DNA of 64,000 nt from Verrucomicrobiota bacterium (GTDB taxonomy: Bacteria; Verrucomicrobiota; Verrucomicrobiia; Opitutales; Cerasicoccaceae). Positions within the stretch are counted from its first letter, which is position 1. Each line of letters begins with the position of its first letter. Under the pieces are notes generated by a model. The model made no database searches, had not been told where the DNA came from, and worked only from the letters and a program-made list of their open reading frames with translations. The position numbers were made by a program, and so were the translations under genes. The stretch covers positions 96,001 through 160,000 of the forward strand of contig JBCBUK010000003.1 of assembly GCA_039818205.1 (NCBI GenBank). The letters are read 5' to 3'. This document shows positions 17,906 through 27,304 of the stretch, in pieces.

Positions 17906-18379
17906 CTATTTCACGGAAAGGATTTGCCCGGGAGCTCCGTTGGGAAAAGTGAAGTCGCTGCCCGCAGCGTGTCCAACCAAGGTATGAGCTAGCGGCGAGT
18001 CAGGCGTGATTACGGTGACTTCAGTTTCGTCAACCGTGAGTGTTTCGCCGCCCCCAACTGGGGCGAAGAAAAACCACTCGCGGCTCCGACCAAGGCGGCA
18101 TTCGATGAGGGCTCCATTTTTAACACTTTCGCAAGGCACCGTGAGCTCGGGCCGCTGGCCCTTTAGTTGGTTGAGCGCCTCGATTAGCTCTTTGGCGTGC
18201 GAGGCTTGGCCCGCAGCGAGGTAGGAGGCTTCAAGACCCTGAGTATCCCATTTGCTTTCCGCGCGCGACTCTTCGTTAGTCGCATAATCCGCGGCATCGC
18301 GAGAGGCATGCTCAGCGGTTTGCAGTTCTTCTTCGAGGGCGTCAATGAGGGCAGAAATTACGTCAGATTTGTCCAACAT
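17906..18379 (-). CDS. GreA/GreB-family elongation-factor-like protein
   Basis: N-terminal coiled coil with AESKWDTQGLEASYLA, C-terminal VITPDSPLAHTLVG; start uncertain (18379 or 18415). Confidence 0.75.
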   Translation of the reverse strand: MLDKSDVISALIDALEEELQTAEHASRDAADYATNEESRAESKWDTQGLEASYLAAGQASHAKELIEALNQLKGQRPELTVPCESVKNGALIECRLGRSREWFFFAPVGGGETLTVDETEVTVITPDSPLAHTLVGHAAGSDFTFPNGAPGQILSVK

Positions 18380-18425
18380 GTTAGAGTCTATAGATGTGCC
18401 AATGGCCGTTGCCAAGCCTAAGCAA

Positions 18426-19601
18426 CTACCCCAAGTAGGTGAGGACTTTATCCACCGGCGCGGTGATTAGACAGACGGATTCAAGGGATTGCTCCTCCGT
18501 CGTTTGCTTGAGGGTATCGACGATTTTCTGGGCAGATTCTTGGGGAAGGATCATTTGAATCGCACCGAGTTCGCGGTTGAGTCGAAGACCGGAGCCCGTG
18601 ACGTCGCATTCGCTTTCGACGAACTTACCAAAGATCGTGGTGGCGCCCGGGGCACCGGCGGCCAGTGCGGCCTCCATCAGGGTGTCGACTTGGCGGCGTT
18701 TGGTGACGCAGCTAACTCGGACCAGATTGTGGAGGTATTGTCGATTGCGGACGGTACCAAAGCCGAGAAAACTGAGGGCGCCTCCTGATTTGGGTTCGTT
18801 ATCAATCAGGTTGCTCGTAGCTCGCCAGTCCGCCGACCCTTTCATGTCATCAATGGCATGGATGATCTGCGGGATGCTGGCAGCATGCCGAGTGGGCTCG
18901 GTTACTCCAGGAAGCTTAATGATGCCGCGGTGGACCTCCGTCGAATAGATGATGCCGCGGCCCGGTTCGTCGAGTCGACCCGCCGCTGCCATTGCCTCAA
19001 AAACGGCCTCGGCATCCATTTCATCCACGATGACCTGAATGGTTTCTTTGTCCGGGTTCTGGGTGAATCGGAAAATGCCTAGTCGGTCGCGGACTCCTCG
19101 CCCCTCGCAGTAATAGATCGTTGGGCCGTGGGCGCCCGCTTTGATCGCGGCCCGCGCGACCGCTTCGGAAATTGCGGACTGAACGGTGGCCGTAATCCCG
19201 ATCAAATTCCGCTTAAAGCGTATCGTGACATCGCGATGCGGGTAGGTGAGTGCGCCGTTCTGCCAGGTTGGAAAATCGTCAGTTTTGTAGAGGCTCTTGC
19301 AGGGGCTTGTGAAAACCGCGCCCGCACCAGTGAGCCGTAATTGCCCCAATGCCACGACCTTCTCCATGAGGATATCGACTTCATCGCTTGGTAGGAGGAA
19401 CTGGAGAATCTCCTGCTCGGGGCTGATAATCGGAATGAGCGCTTGATACCAGCGATCCTTGATGACAGTGCCTCGCGCGTTCAAAGCCAACAGGAAACGT
19501 GCCGGGCAATCCATCAGGAAGTCGGCGACCTCACTGCTGGTTCTTCGCGGCAAAATTACGGTGACCAGATTCTGATCTTCCTGGGCAATCCACCTAGTCA
19601 T
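18426..19601 (-). CDS. PII-like signalling protein with three tandem PII-like modules
   Basis: The central module AIKAGAHGPTIYYCEGRG...PDKETIQVIV...AGRLDEPGRGIIY is clearly PII-like; the flanking modules show the same pattern; adjacent to DUF1538. Confidence 0.75.
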   Translation of the reverse strand: MTRWIAQEDQNLVTVILPRRTSSEVADFLMDCPARFLLALNARGTVIKDRWYQALIPIISPEQEILQFLLPSDEVDILMEKVVALGQLRLTGAGAVFTSPCKSLYKTDDFPTWQNGALTYPHRDVTIRFKRNLIGITATVQSAISEAVARAAIKAGAHGPTIYYCEGRGVRDRLGIFRFTQNPDKETIQVIVDEMDAEAVFEAMAAAGRLDEPGRGIIYSTEVHRGIIKLPGVTEPTRHAASIPQIIHAIDDMKGSADWRATSNLIDNEPKSGGALSFLGFGTVRNRQYLHNLVRVSCVTKRRQVDTLMEAALAAGAPGATTIFGKFVESECDVTGSGLRLNRELGAIQMILPQESAQKIVDTLKQTTEEQSLESVCLITAPVDKVLTYLG

Positions 19602-21534
19602 CGATCAATCCTCCTTCCACAATTTCGCCGGCCTCAGAAGTTCGTCGAACAATAAGACCAACGGTTAGGACGGTTATAATTGGCCCGACCGAGGCGAGGG
19701 CCAAGACGCCAAAGCCATCGATGACGCCGGGAATGTTCGCTCCAATGCCGAGCCCCATCGAAAGCACGAGGGGGACGGTGATTGGCCCGGTTGTCACGCC
19801 CGCACTATCCCAACCGAAATTCACAAACTCTTCGGTGGAAATCTGGGTTAGGAAAACCAGCATGATGTACGGTGGAATCAGTAGCCATGCGAGTGGGAGG
19901 TTATAGGCGATTTTCAATACGCCCATGGCGATTCCCATGCCGACTCCGATCGCGACCGATTGCATAAGCAGATTCTTACGGAAGGCCCCGGCGGTGATCT
20001 TTTGCACGGTCTCACCTAAGGCATTCAAGGCGGGCTCGGCGAGTGTTGCCCCATAGCCGAGGAAGAATCCAAATCCGACCGCCAGGAGTTTGCCAATATC
20101 TTCGCGAGGAACCAAGGGGCCAAAGGTTGCTTCAATGCCCCAGGGCGAAATCTCGGCAAACGTCGAGGGGATGTTGCTACCCAGTTGCGTCCCCAATGGC
20201 GTGAGACCCATGTTGATTCCGAGGCCAAACAGAGCCATCCCGATCAAGGCAAAGACGACACCGACGAGCATTTCATCCCAATCGCGAATGGGTTCTTTCA
20301 CGAGGAGCTTTAAAATCAGGAAAAGGAAGAGCACCAAGGGCACGATTGCGCGCAAGGCGCCAAAAAGAGCATTGGTGAATTCGTTGGGAAAATCTGCTTT
20401 GGGATCCCACTCTTCAACGTCCTTAGCCCAAAGGGATTCGTCGACCTCACGTTCGTAGACGATTTGAGCCCCAGTTTGGACGAGCCTTCCATTTTCAAGC
20501 CGAGTCTGGCCGCCCTCGAACCGGATGGTTACATCGGGTGGCATACGACCGGTTAGTATAAACTGTTCGTATTCTTTATCGGTGATAGGAGCCCGCGCCT
20601 CAACCGGGGAATGTTGGACTTCCTGACGCAACGCCAAGGGAGTGTCGATTGCTTCGACATTCTCTTCGGGCAGGACTTCCATGGTCGCAGGCGCCTGGTA
20701 GTTGGGTGCGCCCACGTAGTCCTTCGCAATGTAGTGGATGATGCCAAGGCACAGCACTGCCAGGATCGGAAAGAGCGAGGCCAGGGTTACGATTCCGAAG
20801 CCAGCGTTGCTGGAATCCTCATCTCCAACAATTCGGCAGACACCGATTCCCAATGCCAGGACCAAGGGCACTGTAACCGGTCCGGTGGTGACCGCTCCAC
20901 AGTCCCACGCCAGACCAATGATCGGGGCTAAGATCGGATTCCCCTGGGCGACGATCGTTAAGGCACAAATGATGGCTAGCAGCGGGAATATGAAAAACTT
21001 GAGCGGCCAACCATGGAAAAAACGCAAGACACCGAGAAGGACCGCAATGCCAACTCCGACGGCCACGCTGAAAACCAGCTGGCCAGCAAAGTCATTGAGC
21101 AAACTATACAGCAGCGGAGCGTCGGTCGGTTTGACGCCAGCGCCGGCTGCGCGCAACACCGCGATCGCGGGTTCGGCAAAGGTCGCGAGCCCACCGAGCA
21201 CAAAGGCAAAACCAAGGATGGCCGGGAGTTTGGCGTTTCGCGGAAGGATTGCGCCAATGATTTCTCCCAAGGGCATCAAGCCGAGCCGAAGCCCTTCCAT
21301 AAAAAACATCAGGCCGAGGGCGACGATAAATACCCCCACGCCAATCATGGCCGCAAAAACCAGCGGCACGCCCAGAATCAAAATCTGGAAGGCCGCCAGG
21401 TAGAAGATGATGAACCAGATGCTTTTGACCTGCTCAAGAAACTTCGTCTTGAAATAGGGAAGCAACAATCGAGCTATCGCCGAAACGCCCAGTTTCGGTC
21501 GCTGCCAACCCGCGCTGTGGCTTTCCCCTGACAT
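19594..21534 (-). CDS. Tandem DUF1538 membrane transporter-like protein
   Basis: Two repeats, each with an AEPA motif and D(C/S)(G/A)(A/G)VTTGP(V/I)TVPLVL, joined by a soluble linker of ~110 aa. Confidence 0.88.
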   Translation of the reverse strand: MSGESHSAGWQRPKLGVSAIARLLLPYFKTKFLEQVKSIWFIIFYLAAFQILILGVPLVFAAMIGVGVFIVALGLMFFMEGLRLGLMPLGEIIGAILPRNAKLPAILGFAFVLGGLATFAEPAIAVLRAAGAGVKPTDAPLLYSLLNDFAGQLVFSVAVGVGIAVLLGVLRFFHGWPLKFFIFPLLAIICALTIVAQGNPILAPIIGLAWDCGAVTTGPVTVPLVLALGIGVCRIVGDEDSSNAGFGIVTLASLFPILAVLCLGIIHYIAKDYVGAPNYQAPATMEVLPEENVEAIDTPLALRQEVQHSPVEARAPITDKEYEQFILTGRMPPDVTIRFEGGQTRLENGRLVQTGAQIVYEREVDESLWAKDVEEWDPKADFPNEFTNALFGALRAIVPLVLFLFLILKLLVKEPIRDWDEMLVGVVFALIGMALFGLGINMGLTPLGTQLGSNIPSTFAEISPWGIEATFGPLVPREDIGKLLAVGFGFFLGYGATLAEPALNALGETVQKITAGAFRKNLLMQSVAIGVGMGIAMGVLKIAYNLPLAWLLIPPYIMLVFLTQISTEEFVNFGWDSAGVTTGPITVPLVLSMGLGIGANIPGVIDGFGVLALASVGPIITVLTVGLIVRRTSEAGEIVEGGLIDD

Positions 21535-21602
21535 CGTCAGGTAGACAACAGCTGGAAAACGGGACTAGGCCAAGCGCAAAAACGCTTGATTATGAAGACT
21601 TA

Positions 21603-23459
21603 CTATTTCGAAACCTTTTCAAGCAAGGCATTTAAGCGGTTGACCATGCTGCGCGGGTCTTCCAACAAGCCGGCACCGATCAAGGCGTTGTCCAGTAGTT
21701 GCTCGGTGACCAGCTTAGCGGTGTCTTCATTGGAGGTTCGGATCGCTGCCAGGTGCTTGATCAAGCCGTGGCGGGGGTTGATCTCCAAATTTACGGAAAT
21801 GATTTCTTCCGAGTCATCGTCGCTGCGGCCCATGGAGCGCATGATGCGGCGCATGGAAGCGCTCATCATGGCATCGGCATTCATCGCGACAATCGGGCTG
21901 TCAACGAGGCGCTTGCCAGGTGCCACTGCTTTTACGCGTTCTTCGCCGAGGGTCGACTTAATCCACTCGCACAGGGCGTCGACTTCTTCCTTGGGTAGCT
22001 CTTCTCCTTCGACCGCAGTGTCTTCCAGCTCGATATCGTTCGAGTCGGCGGCGGTGAGTTTCTTCTCTTTGAACTCGCGGAGGTTGGTCATTACGAATTC
22101 GTCGATCGGCTCATAGCAGAAGAGGACTTCCAACCCGCGCGCCTTAAAGGCTTCGAGGTAGGGGCCGTTTTCGATCGCATTGCGGTTGGGCCCGATCAGG
22201 AAGTAAATCTCCTTTTGATCGTCCTTAGCACGGTCCAGATACTCGTTGAGCGAAGTCAATTGTCCCTTCTCAAGCATCGAGGATTCGAAGCGCAAGAGAT
22301 TGGAGAGCTGCTCGCGATAGGCGAAGTCGCTCGTTGCACCTTCTTTGATGAAGATGCCAAAGCTATCCCAGAACGTACGGTATTTCTCGGCATTCTTCTT
22401 GGCGATACCATCAATGTGCTTCAGGAAGCGCTTGGTAATGACGTTGCCGATCTTGTTGAGCAAGGCACTGTCTTGCATCGATTCGCGGGAGATGTTCAAA
22501 GGAAGGTCCGCCGAGTCGACAACCCCCTTTGCGAAGCGCAGCCAATCGGGCAGCAGCTTCTTTGGCTCTGGATCGATCAGTACCTTGCGGCAGTGCAGGG
22601 CTACTCCAGGCTCAATACGGCCGAATCCGGGCATCTCGGGGTTGGTGCCTGGAATATAGATCAAGGCGTGGATGTCGAGTGGTGCATCTGCCTGGAAATG
22701 CATCCAGCTGAGTGGTTCATCAAATGCTTTGGCCTGATATTTATAAAATTCCTTGTAGTCCTCTTCGGTGATGCTGCTTTTGTCCTGCAGCCAGATTGCT
22801 TGCTGAGTGTTTACCTTCTCGCCGTTGAGATTGAGTGGAAACTCGATGTAGGCTGAATACCGTTCGAGGATACCCTTGATTTGGGAATCCTTCGCGAAGT
22901 CTTTTGATTCATCGTTAAGCGAAATGACGATCTTGGTTCCACGGCGGACGCCCTCGGCTTCCTCTATAGTGTAGCTTCCGGAGCCATCGCTCGACCAGCA
23001 CCAGCCAGTGCCTTCGCTTTGCCAACTACGGGTGTACACTTTTACCTCTTTCGCGGCCATGAAGACCGAATAGAAGCCCACACCGAATTGTCCGATCAAC
23101 GCCTCGTTGGCGCCGCCAGACTCTTTGACTGCTTGGAGAAATGCTTTCGTTCCGGAATGGGCGATTGTTCCCAGGTTCTCGACGAGGTCATCCCGCGTCA
23201 TCCCGATTCCAAAGTCCTGGATCGTAATCGTACCGGCTTCGTCGTCCGAAGTAATGTTGATCTCGAGGCCGAGGGTATCGTCGTGAACGGTTTTCTCCGT
23301 CAGCTGGAGGTGACGCAATTTCTCAAGGGCGTCGGATGCGTTGGAGACCAACTCGCGAATAAAAATTTCCTTATCGGTGTAGAGCGAGTGGATAACAATA
23401 TCCAGGACCTGCTTTACTTCAGCTTGGAATTCATGGCTCTCGGGCGCGGCTGTGCTCAT
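21603..23459 (-). CDS. htpG: Chaperone HtpG (Hsp90)
   Basis: FIRELVSNASDAL, NLGTIAHSGT, IGQFGVGFYS, GVVDSADLPLNISRE and LEINPRH motifs. Confidence 0.98.
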   Translation of the reverse strand: MSTAAPESHEFQAEVKQVLDIVIHSLYTDKEIFIRELVSNASDALEKLRHLQLTEKTVHDDTLGLEINITSDDEAGTITIQDFGIGMTRDDLVENLGTIAHSGTKAFLQAVKESGGANEALIGQFGVGFYSVFMAAKEVKVYTRSWQSEGTGWCWSSDGSGSYTIEEAEGVRRGTKIVISLNDESKDFAKDSQIKGILERYSAYIEFPLNLNGEKVNTQQAIWLQDKSSITEEDYKEFYKYQAKAFDEPLSWMHFQADAPLDIHALIYIPGTNPEMPGFGRIEPGVALHCRKVLIDPEPKKLLPDWLRFAKGVVDSADLPLNISRESMQDSALLNKIGNVITKRFLKHIDGIAKKNAEKYRTFWDSFGIFIKEGATSDFAYREQLSNLLRFESSMLEKGQLTSLNEYLDRAKDDQKEIYFLIGPNRNAIENGPYLEAFKARGLEVLFCYEPIDEFVMTNLREFKEKKLTAADSNDIELEDTAVEGEELPKEEVDALCEWIKSTLGEERVKAVAPGKRLVDSPIVAMNADAMMSASMRRIMRSMGRSDDDSEEIISVNLEINPRHGLIKHLAAIRTSNEDTAKLVTEQLLDNALIGAGLLEDPRSMVNRLNALLEKVSK

Positions 23460-23575
23460 AATGATTGGACTCGGTTTTGTGGGTTTTCGATCGGCTAAAC
23501 CCTGTTAGTGAGCAAATCCCCGCGCGAGATTCAAGCCGTTTGTGCGGGAAATGTTTCTGGGCTGAGACTGCGGTA

Positions 23576-25699
23576 TCAGTTGCCGCTACTATCGAGAGAC
23601 ACTTTCTCGGGCTGCATTTCCCGATGAAACTCCTTTTCGGCCGGAAGGTAGATGTCCTCAATATCCGGCAGAAACTTGGTGTCTCCGGTGACCAACGCGT
23701 AGGCCATGCGCACGTAGGTGTCCAACTGATCGGGTTCGTAGGTCATGGGCAGCGACTCCAGGAATTCGCGAGCAAATTCCGGTTCGCCTGACTGGGCGTA
23801 TGCGAGGGCGAGGACCGCGTAGAAGGAAAAATTCTCCGGGAAATCACTGATCAATTTTTCTCCGTAGTAACGACAGGCAGCCAAGTTGGTTCCAAGCAGG
23901 GACTGGAGGTAAATCGCGAGGCTCATGGCCTTGGGATCGTTCCGGAATTGATCGAGTTCAATGCGGTCAAGGCAGATGCGCAATTCAGTGTCGAGCGCCA
24001 GTCGATACAGGAGCATAATGTAGCGTCGCGTCACAAACGGATTGCTCTCGGTTTTGCCAAAAAGTTCGCGAAAAAATACGACCTGTTGTTCGGGACCCGT
24101 GTTGCTGCGGAGGATTTCATCGTAGCCATCCCAATCCTGAGGGTCGGCCTTGTGCAGGCCTTGGATCAAATCGACGGTAAATAGCTCGGGGAGATCGTTT
24201 CGATAGTGAATCAGGGCCTGCCAGAAGTGCTGGTCTGACTCCGTGAGCGCGCTGCGTTGTCGCTTGGCCGCGATCAGCTCCTCAGCTAATTCGAAGTTAC
24301 TTGGGTTTCCGAGGACGAGTGAGAATAGGAACTCGCGGCTGTGATCACGATTTGTCGGCAGATCATCGAAATCGATAAAGCTATCCGCAACGCCGCCAAG
24401 ACGGAAAAAATTGAGGGATTCCAAGGCTTCGTGCCGTTCTTCAAAATCGGTGAGGTCGTATTCAGATAGAATCGCATCGATAGCCTCTTCGCGGGAGATC
24501 TGGTTCGCTTCCATGGCGCGCCCGGCGGCGAGGACACGGTGGTCTCGGGTAGCATCAGGATGTTGGCTTAGATGATCGTAGATTGCCATGAAGTCGATGG
24601 CCGGATAAGACCCATCAACGTAGCTGGCGTCACCGAGCGCCAGTTCGGACATGTGGATCCCAATGTCATCATTGCGAAAGATGCCATCCAGGAGGTGTTG
24701 GTGGACGGATTCCCGAACAACTGGATCAGGGCTGCCTTTGTTGAGTCGGACAATGGTTTCGAAAATAAGGGGTGTCTCCAGACCCTTTCGCAATGACTCA
24801 TAGGATCGGTTGAGCGCTTGGTTGAAGCGACCACTGGACAATAGGATACGTATCTCCGAATCTGCGGCGGCTGCCGAGTCGGGGTCCATCGATTGCAGCA
24901 TGGAAAGGAAGCGAGAACTGTGGGCCAGGTGGTTATAGTTTACGCCATTCTCCACGATCTGAGCGATATCGTCTGGCTGAAAGCCGCGGACCTTTGCCAG
25001 TTGCTCGCTCCACCAGATTGCTTCCGGATTGTTGATTTGATTCGCATACTCGAGCGCGGCGCTCAAGGTCTCTTCATTCGGGTCCAGGAGCGCTGCGGTT
25101 CTCGCCGTAATGAAGGCATCTACTTTGCGTTCTGATTCGTTTAACTCCTTGGCCGTCGCGTAAATGTTTTCTGCGCGATAGGCGCGGATCTCACGAACCC
25201 ACCAAGGAGCGGTAACGCCAGCCACAATCAACATGACCGTGAGTATGCCGAGGATTCCTCGATAGATGAGTGGAAGCGCAATGAAACGCTGGACGCAGCT
25301 TTCAACAAAATCAATGAAACCGACAACCAGGATAACGTAATTGCGCCAAGTCACGGCGATGAAATCCTTGATCGAAAAAGATCCAATACGATCAATGAAA
25401 TCGAGCCAGTGTTCCTTAATCTGACCAGGGGACCGAAAAATCGACCACGCGAAACTGGCTAAGCTGTAAGGGACGATCGTTAGCTTTTCCCAAAGATCGA
25501 TCAATGCCTGCTTACGCTCTTCTGCCAGATTCTTTCGGATAGCTGGCAAGCTTTCGCGCCAGATTTCAAGATGCAGTGATAGGTCGGAAACACCTTGGAA
25601 CAGGGCCCTGAATCGATCACGAATTCCGAAGCGCACGAACGATGTGAAATCGGCCCAGCGCTCCGAAAAGAAGTGCATAATGGAATGATATAGGTTCAT
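23576..25699 (-). CDS. Membrane-anchored alpha-helical/TPR-like protein (paralog of 29036-31174)
   Basis: 707-aa ORF with an amphipathic N-terminus and one TM; shares RTAALLDP and IWWSE motifs with 29036-31174. Confidence 0.75.
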   Translation of the reverse strand: MNLYHSIMHFFSERWADFTSFVRFGIRDRFRALFQGVSDLSLHLEIWRESLPAIRKNLAEERKQALIDLWEKLTIVPYSLASFAWSIFRSPGQIKEHWLDFIDRIGSFSIKDFIAVTWRNYVILVVGFIDFVESCVQRFIALPLIYRGILGILTVMLIVAGVTAPWWVREIRAYRAENIYATAKELNESERKVDAFITARTAALLDPNEETLSAALEYANQINNPEAIWWSEQLAKVRGFQPDDIAQIVENGVNYNHLAHSSRFLSMLQSMDPDSAAAADSEIRILLSSGRFNQALNRSYESLRKGLETPLIFETIVRLNKGSPDPVVRESVHQHLLDGIFRNDDIGIHMSELALGDASYVDGSYPAIDFMAIYDHLSQHPDATRDHRVLAAGRAMEANQISREEAIDAILSEYDLTDFEERHEALESLNFFRLGGVADSFIDFDDLPTNRDHSREFLFSLVLGNPSNFELAEELIAAKRQRSALTESDQHFWQALIHYRNDLPELFTVDLIQGLHKADPQDWDGYDEILRSNTGPEQQVVFFRELFGKTESNPFVTRRYIMLLYRLALDTELRICLDRIELDQFRNDPKAMSLAIYLQSLLGTNLAACRYYGEKLISDFPENFSFYAVLALAYAQSGEPEFAREFLESLPMTYEPDQLDTYVRMAYALVTGDTKFLPDIEDIYLPAEKEFHREMQPEKVSLDSSGN

Positions 25700-25717
25700 G
25701 GCCTTCTTATGCTGAAG

Positions 25718-27277
25718 CTATAGGGTTTCACGGCTCAACGATTCAGTGATGAAATCTTCAACGGAGAAAGGTTGATTTTGACCTCCGGGTTGAGTGACAC
25801 CGATCAGTACCATTTGCCGGGTGATCAAACTGTCTTCATCGACGCGTTTCCAAAAATTCTCCCACACGAGCTTCCATTTGTCGCCCCACGAAGCTTGGGC
25901 TCGGGTATAGAACTGGTAGTAGTCCTGAGTGCTGGTTGGCAGTAGCATACTCCGAAAGACCGTAATCCGTTTGTAGCGGATTGGATCTTCGAACTCGTAT
26001 ACCTCCATCTCCAGCTCCCCGCCATTGGGATCCTCCATAATGAAGGTTTCACGCTGGCCGATTTGCCGTAGTCCGTTCACCTGCTTGATGCAGACTTCTG
26101 GGTTGTGCGCGTTGGCCCGCATCACTGGGTGGCCATCGGGCCATTCCACGACGTGGTAATTTACCGAATTACCGTTCCAAAGGTATTGTCCTGAGTAGAC
26201 GTCCTCGGTTTCGAGAATCTCCTTCGTTAGGTCGTCCACCTCGATCACACGATGAATGGGTAGGTCGCGGACATTTTCATGCTGGAGAGACCAACGATAG
26301 TCTTCAATCGCATCCGGTAGTCGGTACCAATAGGCGTGAAACGCCTCCAAGGCCGCGAGAAACCCAATTAGAAGTATGGTTATCGTGGTGCAAAGTCCCG
26401 GAAGGGGCCCTGCTGGTTCGACCGGGTTGTCGGGTTTCTCGTCGGGCTTCTTCTTTTCTAAGATGATGAAGCCAATCAGCACCACACTAAGGCCGAGGAC
26501 GAAGGTGATCCCGCCAGCGTTGTCGTGCCAGCGATCGTAGGCTTCCTGGCCTTCGATGCCCGTCACCCAGCCAAGAAAGAGTGCACGGATCGCGTTCTGA
26601 ACGAATGAGGCCACGAGCCCAATGATCACCAGGATGATGCGACGGGGGACACTCAGGCTGCCGAACTCGCCGAGGAAAATCGAGCTTACGACCAGAAACT
26701 GAAGTGATCGAATACCGCTACAGGCTTCAGCAACCTCGATGACGGCGGATCCAATTGAGATCTCGATGCCTTGCAACAGTGCTGGAATCCCCAGTAGCTG
26801 AAGCGATAAGGTCACAAAGTGGGCAATCTTATCCGTTAGCCAATCGCTCAATGCGCGTTCGATGCTGCCAGGCCACGGGATGGCGGTTAGCATCATCGCG
26901 AAGGGCAGGGCAAAGTGCTTGGCCCATTTGATACCGCCCCAGGCGATCAACCAGGAAAGCGCGAATGCGACCAGGAGAAATCCTTGAATCCAGCTGAGCA
27001 TCAACCAGGTGCTCATGGTATCCCACACCAGGCGGATAACGCTGTAGCCAAGTCCGAATGCCAGGGCGATAAACAGCCACGGTATCTGCGGAGCGCCTCG
27101 TTTGAGACCTTTCGCGCTAGCTTCCCAGATCAAATAGAGAGAAAGTACCGGGACTCCCCAGCCATAGAAATAGTGCGAGTCTGGATTCCAAAACCCATGC
27201 ATTTGCCACGCGAATGCCAATAGCATAAGGCATGGCAGAATAAGAATACGGAGACTGTCTGAACTTTCCTTCGACAT
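25718..27277 (-). CDS. Exosortase with a divergent EpsI-like C-terminal domain
   Basis: EACSGIRSL (Cys), QNAIRAL (Arg), WHDNAG (His); about 9 TM helices; HNPEVC motif in the C-terminal domain. Confidence 0.88.
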   Translation of the reverse strand: MSKESSDSLRILILPCLMLLAFAWQMHGFWNPDSHYFYGWGVPVLSLYLIWEASAKGLKRGAPQIPWLFIALAFGLGYSVIRLVWDTMSTWLMLSWIQGFLLVAFALSWLIAWGGIKWAKHFALPFAMMLTAIPWPGSIERALSDWLTDKIAHFVTLSLQLLGIPALLQGIEISIGSAVIEVAEACSGIRSLQFLVVSSIFLGEFGSLSVPRRIILVIIGLVASFVQNAIRALFLGWVTGIEGQEAYDRWHDNAGGITFVLGLSVVLIGFIILEKKKPDEKPDNPVEPAGPLPGLCTTITILLIGFLAALEAFHAYWYRLPDAIEDYRWSLQHENVRDLPIHRVIEVDDLTKEILETEDVYSGQYLWNGNSVNYHVVEWPDGHPVMRANAHNPEVCIKQVNGLRQIGQRETFIMEDPNGGELEMEVYEFEDPIRYKRITVFRSMLLPTSTQDYYQFYTRAQASWGDKWKLVWENFWKRVDEDSLITRQMVLIGVTQPGGQNQPFSVEDFITESLSRETL

Positions 27278-27304
27278 TATCGATTAAATGACCGCAAGGG
27301 TCGG

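Noticed and set aside
21571..21588. CAAGCG/CGCTTG hairpin after htpG
   Set aside because: Only a 6-bp stem with no U-tract; too weak to call as a terminator.
20738..22856. Several 170-220 aa plus-strand ORFs
   Set aside because: Antisense to DUF1538 and htpG; no independent evidence of coding.
23460..23575. CIRCE or sigma32 element upstream of htpG
   Set aside because: Only weak half-site resemblances with the wrong spacing.
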